Positions 48,561 through 62,727 of a stretch of 64,000 nucleotides of DNA are shown in pieces. The stretch's first letter is position 1, and every line of letters begins with the position of its first letter. The notes below the pieces were generated by a model. It saw only the letters and a program-made list of their open reading frames with translations, did not search any database and was not told the DNA's origin. The DNA comes from Blasia pusilla (Eukaryota): assembly GCA_050084515.1 (NCBI GenBank), contig CM114271.1, positions 3,844,001-3,908,000 on the forward strand. The letters are read 5' to 3'. Position numbers and translations under genes: made by a program.

Positions 48561-50288
48561 GGACGTCCAGGGCCCCACGCCCGAGCCGCCCGACGGCCCC
48601 GACTTGCCGCTTAACCCCCCCGGCCCCGACTCCCCGAGTCCTGACTCCTGAGTCTCCTGACGTTGCGGCTGGCCCTAAGATGGAGGGCCCCGATTACATC
48701 TGAGAATGTTCAGTTTTCCGGCAGCCGGCTACTGATGCGGCAGCAAACCGGCATGACTCTTTTGCCGACTACAGAATCCGACTGGAAAACTGCCGGAACG
48801 GCGTATTTCCGTCACCTGTTCCCGGGGAATCAGTAGAAATCTGCCCTATACCTTTCCGTCCAGCCAGTTTCCGGGAAACCTCTCCCCGGTGTCGGAATTT
48901 CGGCCGGAAAGTTCGAACTCCCCCCGGATTTCTCTGAATTTTCCCGGCTAGGTCAACACGTAGCCCCGGTTCTGCCCGTTCATTGCAGCAGAGTGTGTGT
49001 ACTGTCGTTGTGCATAAATATCGTCTTTATTATTATGAATATTACTATGACTCACTTACTAATCGTAATATACTCAACATCACTAATCGAAGCCACAACT
49101 AGTACCATTTGATCTCGAAAGGAACTAGCCAAAGGACTAATCTTGTTCGGGGAAAAAAAAAATTTACTAGAAAAAGAAAAGATTTACTTGTTGCCCATTA
49201 AAATAAACTTCTTCATGTTTGGTTGCCGTATGTTTGTTACAAAGACGAAGAAAACACTCTCCCGTTATAATATAATTCCGAAAAAGAAATGTAAGCTCAG
49301 CAGGTAACCCGGTTCTTCCCGGACCATGGGGAGGACGTAGAAGCATGGCCGGTAGGTTCAATCTCTGAACGCGTGTAAAGAGGCCACGAGGATTCCTCTT
49401 GCTCGGCAATATAGTTCCTGCACGCCCATAACGTTCTTGCCGTCCGCAATCTGTACGGCCGAGATATCGGATTATTCGAATCCTTCACAACATTCGCTCT
49501 CGGATGAGACTCCATCTCCATCCATCCATCGGTCACTGTAAGAAATGATACCGACTGTCGACAAGAGCCGCTCTTGCATTCCATTCCACTCCACTCCACT
49601 CCGCCGTGGTGTGAACAAAAGCCAAAGATCGCGGACACTATGCTCGGCAAGAACATTCTTTTATGGTTCTTTGTCAAAGCAGCCGGTTGAAAACGTGTCA
49701 TCTCCCGTTCCCATCTGGAAATATGCTCCAATTCCCGACGTGAAAATTGGATTTTCTTTGTTAAGTGTTTTTAAAAAAACTGCCCGGGATGGGGAAGTTC
49801 CCGACTAGAAAGTTCTCTAAAAAAAACCGGTGTGCCTAACACTCCTGTCCGAGCACGGGCGCCGCGAACAAGAACAAGGTGCGGTTAAGAGAACTTAAGA
49901 CGAGGATTGACGTCTGGCATAAGGACGTCTCGCCGGGACTGCACTGGGAATCGTGCTCCGGTACCGAAAGGAAACGAAATTAATAATTAAGTAATTAAAC
50001 ACGTGTGGATGACACGTGGGTAGGGTGCTTGTAAAACAGTGAGTGCTCGTGAGGCCGTGAAAAAAAGTAGTACTTCCTGATGCCTACTTCCATAGAGATG
50101 ATGGGGCCATTGACGTCGAGAAATGGGTTGTCCTTAGAGATCGAAATCTCAGCAGCTGCCCAGGCTAATGATTATTGAGGACTGGGAATGGGCCGGCTGG
50201 CTCAGGCTGTGGGAGACGCCGGCGCTAGAGGCCCACTTAGTAGTAGTCATAGCTCTCTTGTTGTTGCTGATATTGTCTCTGCCGTTGG

Positions 50289-50418
50289 CGTTAGGGGAGG
50301 GAATGCCCCTTCTTCCTTTTTGGTCGTGTTGTGGCCTTCAGGTTTTGACTCTTTGAGTCCCCCTCTTTTGTACTTCCGATGGGTTTCCCATCACTCGTTT
50401 TTATCGAAGTGCATCTTT
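50289..50418 (+). repeat. Dispersed 130-bp repeat, also at 21719-21848 (minus) and partially at 63595-63675
   Basis: Shared core ggttttgactctttgagtccccctcttttgtacttccgatgggttt.ccatcac.cgtttttatcgaa.tgcatc. Confidence 0.85.
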
Positions 50419-53400
50419 CTTCCTGACCATTGACGTCTGGAGATCGAAATGTCAGCTGTGAAGACTGTGATGTACTTGCCGTTGTTGTTGCTCAGAGGTT
50501 TGTCGCGACGCTTGCGCTTTGCTGGACTCATGACGAGAGGACCGATGAGTATGAGTATGACCCGAGCTATTAGCTCACAGCTGGATACCAGCCACGCGTC
50601 AGTGATCTATCTCCGTAAGTATGTCAGCTGACACGGTCTCCGCACGATACGGTACCGTCACTGTACCGCTTCGGTGTTGATAATGTTCCCCTCTCCGGCT
50701 CCATTTCAGTCACGTGGACTCTACTTTCGTGCACGAGCAACTTATTATGCTGTCCAAGGCGCATGACATTTCATCGACATCTGTCAGCGCAGCACCGGCC
50801 CCTTGTTTGCAAGGGCATGCCACGATTTTAGTTTACGTATTAATTCCAGATGATTTTTTTAAATGTTAAAATTTATATTTAAAATTTTGACATTTTTTAT
50901 TTTTTATTATGAAATTTATTAATATCAAATTTATTAATTTAAATTGATGATTTAAATTATCCATCATTATTCAAATATTTCACGAGCATCAACTAATAAT
51001 TATAATTAGGGACACTTAGAGTGTCCTCCTCGTGTCCCCAAACTTGTCCCATCCAATAAATATAGGTTATTGGGTAAATGGGTATAATTGTCTTGTGAAA
51101 TTTATGATAGGTTTCAGTTCCAAATCATGTATTTCTTTGTAATTTGTTGAAATGTCTAATTGAATTCAAAATTTCTTGGACTACAATGGAACCCAAAATC
51201 ATAAATTCCCCAACATGTGACTACCCCGAGCCGAGCCTTGGCCTAGACCGTTGAGGCTAAGAGCATATGGATAGCAACTCATGTATATCATGGCAATTGT
51301 GAAATAAGTTCAAGGATATAGTCTATGTCACGCTTGTTAGGATAGATCGGAGGGATCTAGCAAAGCGTCTGCACGAGTAGTGGAGGTCATGCCTAGAAGG
51401 TCGAGGATGACGTGTTGAGGCCCTGAGAAACCTGAGAGAGCAGGTTTCCTCTTCGTTTCGGCTCATTTGGAGCCATATAGAGAAACAAAAAATATTTCGG
51501 GTAAGTTTCCATGTTGGGGATAGTTGACTTTCCACTTTGGGAAGTGGCCCTTGACTTGCTACAGCAGGTCAAGACCCAAGGAGGTGACCTGCGAGCATAG
51601 GTCACCGTTGAGAGGGCTTGAGAGAGGGAAGGGGATATACCTCCAAGAGAGAGAGCTTGAGAGCTCATTCTCTCTTTGTTGAATCTCTTGGCATGAGGCG
51701 GCGGAGCTGTGGTCTTGCTTGCCTTGTGAGTGTAACTCAAGCCTCTCATTAGGAGAGTGGGTTTGGTTTGACATGAGAGAGAGTGCACACCTTTGAGAGC
51801 TATGGTGTGAGATGGTGTAGAGAGAGATTGGATCTTACTTTACAAAAGAGAGAATGAGAGAGTGAGAGAGCTTCATGGGGGAGCTCGTTGGTCACTCGCT
51901 GTTTTTGCAGGTTGGGGACCGTGTTCCCCGTTCAACGGCTCATGGGAGTGCTCACCGGAGCAAGGGCTGCTTTGATTATTCTTTGCATTTGCCGATTTTT
52001 CGTGTGGAAGAGTGGCGCGTGGAAGCGCTGCCCAATTTCTAATAGAGATTGATTATGGGGGCGGATTGCCCCATACCGGTGCTCTCGAGAGCACCATGTA
52101 GCTTGCTGATTTGTATTTTTACAGGTTTTACATTTTTGTTGGGAGAAATCAACGCGGAAGCACTGCCAAATTTTGTGTAGGAGAAAGAGACATTGGCTTT
52201 ACGATAGACCCCATCAATTTTTACTCGAATTTCTGATTCTAAATATTTTTTGACGCTGCTGTAGATCATGAAGTAGTGCCCGCTTTGCAAAAACAATGCG
52301 CAATTTGGAGTTGTGAGCAAAAATTTATAGTCAATCTTGCAGAATTTCCATTGCTAGGCGATTTCTAGGGTTAAATTGTTCAAACCCTAAACCAGCCGCC
52401 ACGCCGGCGGCGACCGTCACCATCATAGTCACCATCAACGGTCCGCCATCGATGGTCAACCGTCACCATCAATGGTCAAATGTCACCGTCAACGGTCCAC
52501 CGTCCGATCTCCACCCTTTGGTTGCTCTTGCAACCACATGGTGGAGAGTGGAGGATCTTCGGCCGTTACAGAGTGGAGGGTCTTCCACGACATTCGTTGA
52601 TTCTCTGACTTGCGTCGCCACCATGTACTTTTTTTTGGCTACCACCGTCATCGCAGTTTTGTCATCAACCAGTAATGACAGATGACCTCCGATTATGGTG
52701 TTTGAGTTTTGATTTCATGCTGCTATGTTGTGATTGGTAGCCGTTGGACAAAGATCGAGTAGCGTGTCGTCACGCCTGTAGGTGCAACGTGCTGTCGATT
52801 GCCGTGCCGTACCGCTTGTGGCTGCACCACACCGTCTCGATCGCGAGCCGCACCGTCATTGTGGAGCAGAATGTGGGTTTATTGTTGATTGAGAAGGGTA
52901 TGCCGCCGAGTGCCACATCCCACCATCGAGGGCCGTGCCGTTTGGTACCGCCTGCAACGCCGCACCGTTCCGCTGGAACCGCACTATCAATCGAGGAGTT
53001 TTGAGCAGCGTCGGTACGGGAGGAGTATGATTTTCTGATTGGAGGAGTTGTCTCCACGACCAAGTTCGGCGTACGAGATTGACGACCAGGGTAGAGGACC
53101 GCGTAGGTTTTCAGGTGCAGTAGGTACGATTGAGTTGCACAATTTCATAGCAGAGTTTAGGAGTTGGTGCGACTCCCAGCAGGCCAGGAACTCTAGAGAG
53201 TTCAACCCGTTTACATCATGGAATGGTATGTTCCAGCATTTAGAGGGGGCGCCCATGGACGATTACCATGAGTTCTCCCACAGATATGCCCAGGAGATTG
53301 AGGCATGGCGACTCTACTATAACCCACACTTTGTGTCATGGACGGAGCAGTTCCTAGATGAGGAGGAGGAGTCAGGAGAGGCTACTTCCTCTTCCACTAG

Positions 53401-55087
53401 TGATGTTTTAGGAGGGGTCACTCGCATTGGAGCAGTTGCACCATCTAGTCAGGTTCGTCCCAAGTTCAACCCGTGGTTGAGTTCTTCGTTGAGATGAGGG
53501 CCAAGTACCATGGGGTACAAACGGAGAAGTTGCGGAGCATCCACGACTTCCAAAGGAGCCCGGGTGAGAGTTTGCGTGAGGCTTACACTCGCTTGCGCCG
53601 GTTGATCAACATCACTCAAGGGGTGACAGAGGCTCGGGCTATCCAGTCATAGTACGCGATGCTAGACCGGGCCTTGCGAACACGGGTGCGGGAGGGGGTG
53701 CTTCTTATGAACACCTCCCCTACATTGAGAGATGTTTTTAGGACCGCCGAGAACATTAAGCGCAACATGGCGGAGGAGAGCGTAGCCACCATGGGTTTTG
53801 GGCAAGAGCAGTCACGATTGTCTGCACCACCTGTGCAGCAACGTGGGCTCCGAGATAGGTCGAATGTGGCACCACGAGCTCAGGGAGGATACCGGGAGAC
53901 CGTGCCATAGAGACCTGCGCCTTCATATGCGGCTCAACAGCAGCCGCCTACTATTACTTGTTGGTCATGTGGTGGAGCCCATCATCAACGCGATTGCACT
54001 CGTCAGGGTCATGGACGTGTGCCTCAACATGGAGGAGGAGATGGTGCTGCACCAGGAGGTTATCAGTGTGGCTATTGTTAGAGGTATGGTCATACACGCG
54101 CCAAGTGTTTCAGTTTACATCTTGAGTTACGTCCGGACCGAGGACTAGAGAGGGCACCGGAGCGAGTAGCCGGTCCGGGTGGGCCTAGAGATCGTGCACC
54201 ATGTGGTCCCGTTGGGGGACGAGGAGATGGAGTTGCCCGACATGGTGGTGGAGCTGCCCGTGGAGGAGGTAGAGTCCAACCACCTAGACGCGTCGAGGGA
54301 GATGTCGGGCGTAAGGCTAGGATGGCTGCTCAGATACATCAGCTACTGGAGCAAATTGCCGCTATGGCATTGAGATTACCCGATGCCGGATCCGTGGCAT
54401 CGACATAATATGGAGCAGGCAGACATATGGAGGATCCTAGTTGGATGTGCAGGGTTGCCCAGATGGAGGCAAGCTGCAGTTGTGACGCGTGGAGCAACCG
54501 CATAGTTGGATCCACAACGAGGGGAAGCCAAGAAACAGACTAGGTTTCCTTAGTCTTTCACGTTGTCCGAGGGGATGAGGACCCCATCGATGGGTTCTGA
54601 TCAGAGTTCCTGGAGAGTTGGTGATGTTGTTGGTGTGCAGGCATGGAGGGCAATGGGAGAAGCGAGTGCGACGACTCCTATTATTGATGCTCATGAGGGG
54701 CATGTGTCGAGCACGTTATTGGGGGCGGCCACCATTGTGTACTGCGCTCCTTTATTTTTTGCTTCCGATGTTATGACGTCGGGGGTACGCCCATCGAGGC
54801 TTTTTGGCTGGCCGCTACGCTATGTGAGCGTGGAGTTGGAGTTCCAGCAACACGTTGAGAGGTGATTGCAGAGGAGCTGATGGACCTGCCCTTGGAGCGG
54901 ATGCTCGGGCCGTCCACGTCATATTCATGGCAGGTTGCGGCCGCTAGGATGGCGGAGATGCCCGCTAGACCCGCGATAGACTGTGCCATGGCTTCTCTTG
55001 GTGTTGTGTTGCTGGATAACCGAGGAGAGGTCTTCCAGTTGGTGAGTCCCGGAGATAGAGCTTTTAGTTCGCAATGCGTCTTGTTGG

Positions 55088-55711
55088 TGTCGTGCGCATA
55101 CACATCGCTACACAACATACATCGCTGTCACCGAACACGCATGATCCCATGCTAACTCATGGCATCCAAACAACGAGAAGTACCAAAATATCTCCAATTA
55201 AAGTAAGCTCCAATCTCTCTCTACACCATCTCACACCATAGCTCTCAAAGGTGTGCACTCTCTCTCATGTCAAACCAAACCCACTCTCCTAATGAGAGGC
55301 TCGGGTTACACTCACAAGGCAAGGGACCATAGCTCCGCCGCCTCATGCCAAGAGGTTCAACAAAAGAGAATGAGCTCTCAAGCTCTCTCTCCTTGAGATA
55401 TACCCTTCCCCTCTCCCAAGCTCTCTCCATGGTAACCTATTCTCCCAAGTCACCTCCTTGGCTCTTGACCTGATATAGGAGGTCAAGGGCCACTTACCAA
55501 AAATAGAAAGTCGATCATATACTCAAAATGGTACTTACCTAAAATAGTAAGTTCCTCAATATGGCTCCAAATGAGCCGAAACGAAGGGGAAACCTGCTCT
55601 CTCAGGTTTCCCGGTGCCTCAGCGCGTCATCCGCGACCTACTGAGCATGTCCTCCACTACTCACGCAGGCGCTCTATTAGATCTCACCGATCTATCCTAA
55701 AAGACGTGACA
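55088..55711 (-). mobile_element. Solo X-Y terminal unit of the same family inserted into element 3
   Basis: Homologous to 1380-2019. TGTCGTG...CGTGACA termini with perfect 4-bp TSD TTGG, splitting the protease codons VLL|DSG. Confidence 0.93.
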
Positions 55712-56259
55712 TTGGATTCAGGAGTGCAATCCCTGATGTTGGGGAAAACGTCATTAAGAGGATTGGGCTTGACGAGAGCGGATGTGGAGCATTGTCCATT
55801 CCGGATACAGACATCCTTGGGTGGAGCGAGTACCACATAGTATATCACCCAACATGAGGTCGTGGTGAGGATTCGCCCGGGACATCCTACAGATGAGTCC
55901 GTGGTGCGAGCCAAGGCGATAGTGATTGATGCAGCATTTAGCAGCGCCATCACGTGGCCTTAGTGATCGCCATCACGTGGCCTTAGTGATTTGATTGGGG
56001 GACATGTCCATGCAGGGGACAACCCCGGTCTTGACACCCCTGTGGAGAGGAGTGTTATGGTAGCCGCATCATTCCGTGGAGGAGAGGTGCCGTTGTGGGG
56101 CTCGACTGAGCAGCTTCGACGATTGGCAGATGAGCACGTGCAGACCGCGTGGAGCGAGGCATTTGCACCAGAGCATGATGGGTCTGAGGAACCCGAGGTA
56201 GCAGGGAGTGCTAGGATGACACCCTTGGATACCACACCCATTGTGTGGCGTATCCCGGA

Positions 56260-57264
56260 GGAGGATATTCGAGTGTTAGATCTCTTTGGAAGGATTAGCA
56301 TTGAGTTAGCTGTTGTTTTGCAGGCAGGAGTGCGAGTGCAGCAGTACGTGTGTGTGGAGAGTGATGATGTTGAAAGGCGTGTTTGACTACAACATGTGGC
56401 GCAGTTATGCCTACGTTTTCCCGACTTATTATTTGCGTCTGCGGTACAGGGGTACAGGGGTACCATAGTTCCCTACCGAGGGATATTTCGTTGGTGGGGG
56501 CGCAGGACTTAGAGCGGGTAGGGACCATTGATTTGGTCATTGCTGGTTGGCCATGTTAGGGCCAATCGAGTGTTGGACGAGGCAGCGAGTTGGCTGACAC
56601 TCGGTCCAGGTTGTTTTGGGAGATGTTGAGGGTCTTACGGAAATTGCAAGAGCACCAATCTCGTTCTCCAGCCTACATTCTGGAGAATGTGCCAATCTTA
56701 GGAGACTCCAGGTCACGGGTGGTGACGAGTGCTCATCAGGTGCGTGCCTCGATCAGCCCAGCAGTGTTCTTGGATGCGGCGAGTCTAGGTTCTAGAGCCC
56801 ATCGCCCGCGTCTATGGTGGACCAACTTGGTGCCCCATGCGGTGTTACGGAGGGCGTATGTGAGAGTGGAGCGCCCCTCCCATTTGTTAGTGGATTCCAT
56901 TCTGGATCCAGGTCCTCGATCACAGGCACTAAGGCACGATGATCGACCATCGTTGAGTGTGGTCAACAGGGTAGGCAAGCCGCGGGCAGCCTTGCCCACG
57001 TTTGTGAGTTTTCCCGCTTCCTATGAATACAAGGAGGCTGATCCTGGCTTGGTTTGGGATGATCAGCCTCCTTGTATTCAACGGTTGGTGGAGCCCGACG
57101 CCAACGAGAGAGAGCGAGCGATGGGATTTCCCACAGGAGTGACGGTAGTACCATCATTTTCAGAGGCATCACGACGCCATGTCTTGGGTCAAGCGATGGA
57201 TATGAATTTCTTGACATGGATCCTCAGCTTGGGAGTGGCTGAACAGCGCCGTATGAGATCATGA
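56260..57264 (+). pseudogene. C5 cytosine DNA methyltransferase domain of element 3
   Basis: IRVLDLFGRIS, YVCVESD, DLVIAGWPC*GQSS, YILENVP, RAHRPRLWWTN, ERAMGFP and RRHVLGQAMD. Confidence 0.9.
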
Positions 57265-60200
57265 CATATCAGCGGTTGCGTTGGTGAGCCCCATGCCTAC
57301 TGAGACGGTGGAGTCAGTGGCTGGGGGCGAGACCCGAGGAGACCTACACACCAAGGGAGATCGGAAGAGACACCCTTGGACTTCTTGGGATGTTTTGCAG
57401 GTACGCCAGGAGATGATAGCCACAGCATCGAGCGTGGTTGCGGACACTGCACGTGGAGGAGATCAGAGTTTGCAGTTGGCTGCAAGAGAGTAGCCGAGTG
57501 TTGTTGAGGGAATGAGTTCGTAATGTTGGGCCTAGCCCGTATCAAAAGATCCAGAAAAGCAAGAGGAATGCCTTAAACCGAAGGTAACCCGATATCACAA
57601 TATAAGGAGAGCGGTATGTTTGAAATTGCGTATAGGAATCTATGAGCATATTTAGGAGAGAAGGAGGTCCAAAGATCCCAAGAACTTTGGAAAACTCAAT
57701 CTTAAGTGGAAAAAAGAAGAACCCAAAGTTCAAGTTTGAGAAGATGAACACATTGGGCCTTAGATTGAAAAGATTGGATCACCATGGAAATAGTTACAAA
57801 CAAAATTCTGTACGTCCCTCCATCTCCTCCGCCATAGTCCTCCTCCTCCATGTCCTCTCCACATGCTTGAAGGTTAATGAGTGGCACAACACAAGAATAT
57901 GAGATATTAGGTCTCCTTTGTGCATGGGTTTTTTGTCATGCATATCCTATTTGGGTAAAAACCTTATGTCTCTAGTGAAGGTAAGCATGTCATGTTGTAA
58001 TAATGGGATGAAAGATTTATATACATATCTATAGAGGTTTCATTCTTCTAGAGTTGCTCGTTATTAAGAAAGAAATTCCTTAAGATTTATGATGTCTTAA
58101 TGAGTTATAAGTTGTGCAAGGCCTCCTTTCATTACTAGAGAACACATTACTATGGGAGGATGCAAAAGTAGCTAGAAAATAAACTACTAAATGTTTGAAG
58201 TTTGACATGAAAGGAAAATGAAAGACGGATTTGTATGGAGAGAGAAGACAAGACAGATGGGATGATTTTTTCTCTCTCCATACAAAATCATCCCATCCTT
58301 ACTACGACCCTTATATAAATGAAGGTCATATGGTATATCATAGCATAGAGGCCAAAATAGGCCTTAATATTCATATATTATGTGAGTTTTGCTTCACTAG
58401 CTCCCCTAAGTCAAGAGGAGCGGGATATTCGGATAGGGGATATTAAGCGACACTCAAAATTAGAGACCGGACGTTTAGGGACGGCGGAGTGGACCTTGCA
58501 TCTCATGGGTCCTAAGAAAGGATCAACAACTCCCCCTCCCACCGAAGAGAAAATTCTGTAAGGCCTAGCTCCTTCGAAAATCCCGTTCGCGATTTCGGCG
58601 ATGCCCTTGAGGTTCTGCTTTCCCGATTTGCCTTTTGTGTTCAGCCGGCCAAGCACGCACGCGTGCCTAACCGGACTAGGTTATGAGGTTAGTTAGGTGA
58701 GGTTAGTTTCAGGTCAATAAAAAACTACAACCACCACAGAAAATAGCTTTATCAATTACATCTCGATCATCAGCTGACACTCACGGAGCAGTTGGCGGTC
58801 GTATCAAAACAGCTGGTGGTGCACAAGCGCAAAGGATTGGATGCCCTGTCCACAGATCCTTGACGTGTTTTTACCAAAGCATAATGGATCGTCCGCCACC
58901 GTACTGCGAGAAGTGTGAGCGAGCGAGCGATCTCAACCTCCAAAGGACTTTTCTAAGTTTCCTACAGAAATCCAGCTATGGATTATCAGCACATTTACTG
59001 GTCCGCTACACCGCGTATCCTTTGCATCGGACCTGTGTGGCGAACATGTGTCTTCCCTTCCGCATGTACAGCGTGCCGTGCCAAGGTGATGGACAATTGG
59101 CAACAGCTATTCCAGTCCACAAGAAGGAACATATTCTCTTCTTTTCCTGATGGGATAGCAATCGACGGTAGTAGGTTCTTTCGCGCACATGTCGGTCCGT
59201 CTCGGGTGCCGAGATCTTGCTGCTGAGTCTCATATGCGAGTTCAGTTCAGACGATTTCGGTGGAGAGTGAAGAAGAGGGGGGTGAGGGAGTTTCACTGGA
59301 CGCCGAGGGGTCGCAGGTGACGGTGAGAGAAGGCTAGATTGAAAAGAAGCAGCGATACCCACAGCGACTGAAAAAATGCAAGATGGTTTGCACGCTTCAC
59401 GTACCGACGCTGCTTTGGAGCTGAATACGGGGAATACTTTTGGCGCGTCTGTCTGGAACTCCATGGCCTCGACTCGTCTCTCAGGCAGATTCCACGGACA
59501 ACTGGCGGAACGTACAAAACGGTACAAGGTGTAAAGGACTCCTTGCTCTTCTACACTCGCGGAGAATGACTCCGTGTGGTCCACAATTCCACATGCGAAC
59601 AGAATAACGACACTTAAAGATTGCCAAGGACGACTGCAGTGCGTGACTACGGCGCTTCGAGCTGTCCAGCCTTCCGAGTGACCTCCAAAGATATCATTTA
59701 GTAGAAATCGAAAATAAGACTGTCTTCGAGGGTTAGAATTTGACGTCCGCAGGGTGAGGAGGGCAATTCATAGATTCATCCACCGTGCCTACTCGCGGCT
59801 GACACTGAAGCAGACCTTAATCGGGACACGATCCATTTCTATCCTATCCGTAGCTCGACAATTTCAGGAAACTCTTATGGTTTCCGTTGGCTCCGTGGTG
59901 AATCAGTACACCACGGCGAGTAGTTAGAATTTCGAGAAACGCGGTCCCACCGAATCAATCAGTCGGCCTCCTGCCCTATTGGCGTGCCTTGGATGGAAAA
60001 TCCGCCGTGGCACTACAGCTGAGCCAGAGGGTTTTCTTCACATGCTTGGGAGGACCAACACACAATGCATTTGTCCAAATCGAAGGACTAGACGCCTTCG
60101 AGAACATTCGTGGGGCCGAGACCATGAATTCCACAGACTCGAAGTCTTTGCGTAGAGCATACTCCAATTCGAGGAATAAGCTTGTTGACTGCCATGGCAC

Positions 60201-61218
60201 TCTCCATGATTATACTTGTCGAGGGACGGAAGCACTTCAATCACAATTCTTCCGGGGTTTAGGGTGGACCGCGAGAATTCCGACGAGGTCCTACAGGCGT
60301 TTCACAGCGGCAGTGGCTACGACTAGAATGATGATTGTGAGGAATAATGGACACGCGTATGATTTCAGTCGTATTTGTGTTACCTTCCGAACTTCGAAGA
60401 AGAAATTGACGAGATCCTGAAGCTCGAGCGGGGGGGGACCAGTCTACAGAGAGGAGCCGTAGCTTCTCTTGCTTCGGACGCAACATCTGCACGTTCCTCC
60501 TTACAATTTGGACAACTCGAGTGTTTGAATTGCCCATCGTCCTGAGCAGAATTCGCTGATACGCCGAAGAACGGATGGAGGAAGACTCCGAACGAGGCGA
60601 CGACAGGAATAAAGTAGATTCCAGCCTGCAAAAACTTGAAGGGGTGATGAGAAATTCCTCCACGCACTAGTCATTCGTGCAATGCATCAACGAATATTCC
60701 ACGAACGAGGAAGACCGTCTCGAGCGCGGCTCGGGCGACCCACCTTCAACGACAAATCATTGACGAACGGATCAATCTTCTACAATTCATAACTAATGAA
60801 CAAGATGTACAGAGGCAGGAATGTGCTTGAACATTCGCTGTGGGCAGTAGATACAGGTCGTTACGTCCCTAATTCCGGCTAGAATCTCCATTGCAACTGA
60901 AGTTACTGGCGTATCCTAAATAAATCAAAAGCACTTCTCTTCGGAATCTATGGCGGGAAAACGCTCATGGCAATTGAGACCTTCCATGCCATAGTTTTGA
61001 AAGCCCTGTCAGTTGTAGCTTCCTTCATGAAATATTTCAGGCTTTGTTCTGAACACATTCAGGTTTTGGCAATGCAGCTCTGACGGTCCGAAGAAAAGGA
61101 TCTCCCATGCCAATCAGTTGGTCACTCCTTCCAGTTAGTGACCTGATTCTTCGTACGTGCGCGCTCGGTTGAAGCGCCGAAGGCCCAACCCACAAGTAGA
61201 AACAAACAGCTATGGCAC

Positions 61219-62727
61219 TCAGGTGCGCGCTGATATCTGGAAAAGCCCGTCGTCCTTGGGGGAGATGGTGGGAGTGTAGGCCAAATCGTCACAACCGGGA
61301 GTGCGCACGCGAGTGAAGTCGACGAGAGTGGATAAGAGTGCGACGAAGACGGTGAGATGGTTCAACGCGTAGCGTTGTCCTGGACACTGATGAGGACCGG
61401 CTCCAAAGAGAAGCCAGTTGCGCTTGTAGATGACGTCCTCCTGCCTCTCCTTATTGAATCGGTCGGGGTCGAACTGGTAGGGGTTGGTGAAGCCTTGGAA
61501 GGAAGACTCTAGCAGCGATGGGAACACGATGGTGCCCTTGGGAACCTTGTAAGTGTCGGTGATTGGATAATCCGTGTTGGCAATGTGTGGTACCAAAGGT
61601 GCCGGTGGTCGAAATCTCAACACCTCCTTGACGAACATTGTGGTGAATTCCATCTCCCGCAACTGCTCCGGAAATATGGGGGCGAATCTATCACTTCTCA
61701 AGCGCGCTTGCTCTTCACGAATTCTTCTCAAACACTCAGGATTTGATTCCAAGTAGACGCACGACCAAGCCAGAGACGATGTGGATGCATCTTGCGCAGC
61801 GAACAAAAAGTCGAAAACTAGTGCTCCAATCTCCTTGTCAGTGCAGTGCCCTGGAGGTGGATTCCCTGCCGCTTTCGCCTCCTCAACCTCCCTCAGAGTC
61901 TCTACCATGAGGAAGTCCATCAGGCAACCTGGCTTCTCCCCTCCCTCCATCCTCTGCCTGCACAATCTGGCGCTGTTGCCGAGAGTTTCGACGAGGCGCG
62001 GCACCGCACGCTTGGCCTTGCTGTAGGCGAATCCCGGAAGATCCACAGGTAAGCTCATCAGCCCGACGTTGAAGAGATTGTAGTCATTCATGAATTGCTC
62101 GCGCGCAGCGTCTTCCATATAAGGCCCCACGAACGCTGCCTGGGATGTCTCCAGGTTTAAATCACGCAACAGCAGTCTCATTTTTAAAGGCCCATCCTTG
62201 GCCAGCTCGATCCAATTCGCTATATGCTTCCTGATTAGCTTCTCCTGAATGGCTACATACACCCCCAAAGCTTTGTAAGTGAAATTGGGGGCAAGCCGCC
62301 TGCGCAAGTCCCGGTGGTAATCCCCGAACAGGAAGATGAGATTATCCTCACCGAACAGTTTCTTCCCGAACGGGTGGCCGATCAGCTGGAACACTTCCGG
62401 TTTCACATTCGCGAAAATTTTCTGCGACAGCTCCGTATCTCTAACGAAAACAATGAACCTACCGAACAACACATTCCAAGACAAGCCGACCTTAGACGCA
62501 GCCTTGGCCTGGTCGTTCCAGAACTTCGCTGGGTCTCGCACCATGCCAATCGCATCTCCCAAGAATGGCACTACCAACCACGGTCCGGGCAAGTGCTTCC
62601 CCTTAAAAACGTAGGACAGTTGCTCGAACACTAACCACAACGCCACCACTACTCCCACGATCAGCTGCCATTCCATCCACGACTGGAATCCCCACCGTGC
62701 AGTCCTGGTTTCTGTCGTCAATTCCAT
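61219..62727 (-). CDS. CYP710A: Cytochrome P450 CYP710-family sterol C22-desaturase, intronless
   Basis: N-terminal TM anchor, GHPFGKKLFGEDNLIF, FDFLFAAQDASTSSL (CYP710/ERG5 signature), EVLR, FDPDRF and heme motif FGAGPHQCPG. The first ATG is at 62727; the ORF track starts at an upstream non-ATG codon. Confidence 0.96.
   Translation of the reverse strand: MELTTETRTARWGFQSWMEWQLIVGVVVALWLVFEQLSYVFKGKHLPGPWLVVPFLGDAIGMVRDPAKFWNDQAKAASKVGLSWNVLFGRFIVFVRDTELSQKIFANVKPEVFQLIGHPFGKKLFGEDNLIFLFGDYHRDLRRRLAPNFTYKALGVYVAIQEKLIRKHIANWIELAKDGPLKMRLLLRDLNLETSQAAFVGPYMEDAAREQFMNDYNLFNVGLMSLPVDLPGFAYSKAKRAVPRLVETLGNSARLCRQRMEGGEKPGCLMDFLMVETLREVEEAKAAGNPPPGHCTDKEIGALVFDFLFAAQDASTSSLAWSCVYLESNPECLRRIREEQARLRSDRFAPIFPEQLREMEFTTMFVKEVLRFRPPAPLVPHIANTDYPITDTYKVPKGTIVFPSLLESSFQGFTNPYQFDPDRFNKERQEDVIYKRNWLLFGAGPHQCPGQRYALNHLTVFVALLSTLVDFTRVRTPGCDDLAYTPTISPKDDGLFQISART

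Larger units (their letters stand above)
51326..57506 (+). mobile_element. Element 3: 5' half of the DNMT-Gypsy family (X repeat, UTR, gag, protease, complete MTase domain), truncated before RT
   Basis: Starts TGTCACG. 51326-51841 is repeat X, gag has ITCWSCGGAHHQRDC and YQCGYC*RYGHTRAKC, and homology to element 1 ends near 57506. Confidence 0.92.

Noticed and set aside
44178-48974. Candidate hAT TIR pair CAGAGCAGGGG / CCCCGGTTCTG
   Set aside because: Only 9 of 11 bases match and there is no 8-bp TSD, so the element boundaries are not established.
57502-58540. Possible separate LTR (TGTTG...CAACA with adjacent purine tract on the minus strand) truncating element 3
   Set aside because: No second copy, TSD or coding region is visible to confirm it.
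58860-60667. Several 90-190 aa ORFs downstream of CYP710
   Set aside because: No recognisable domains, overlapping on both strands, and no splice structure I can support.
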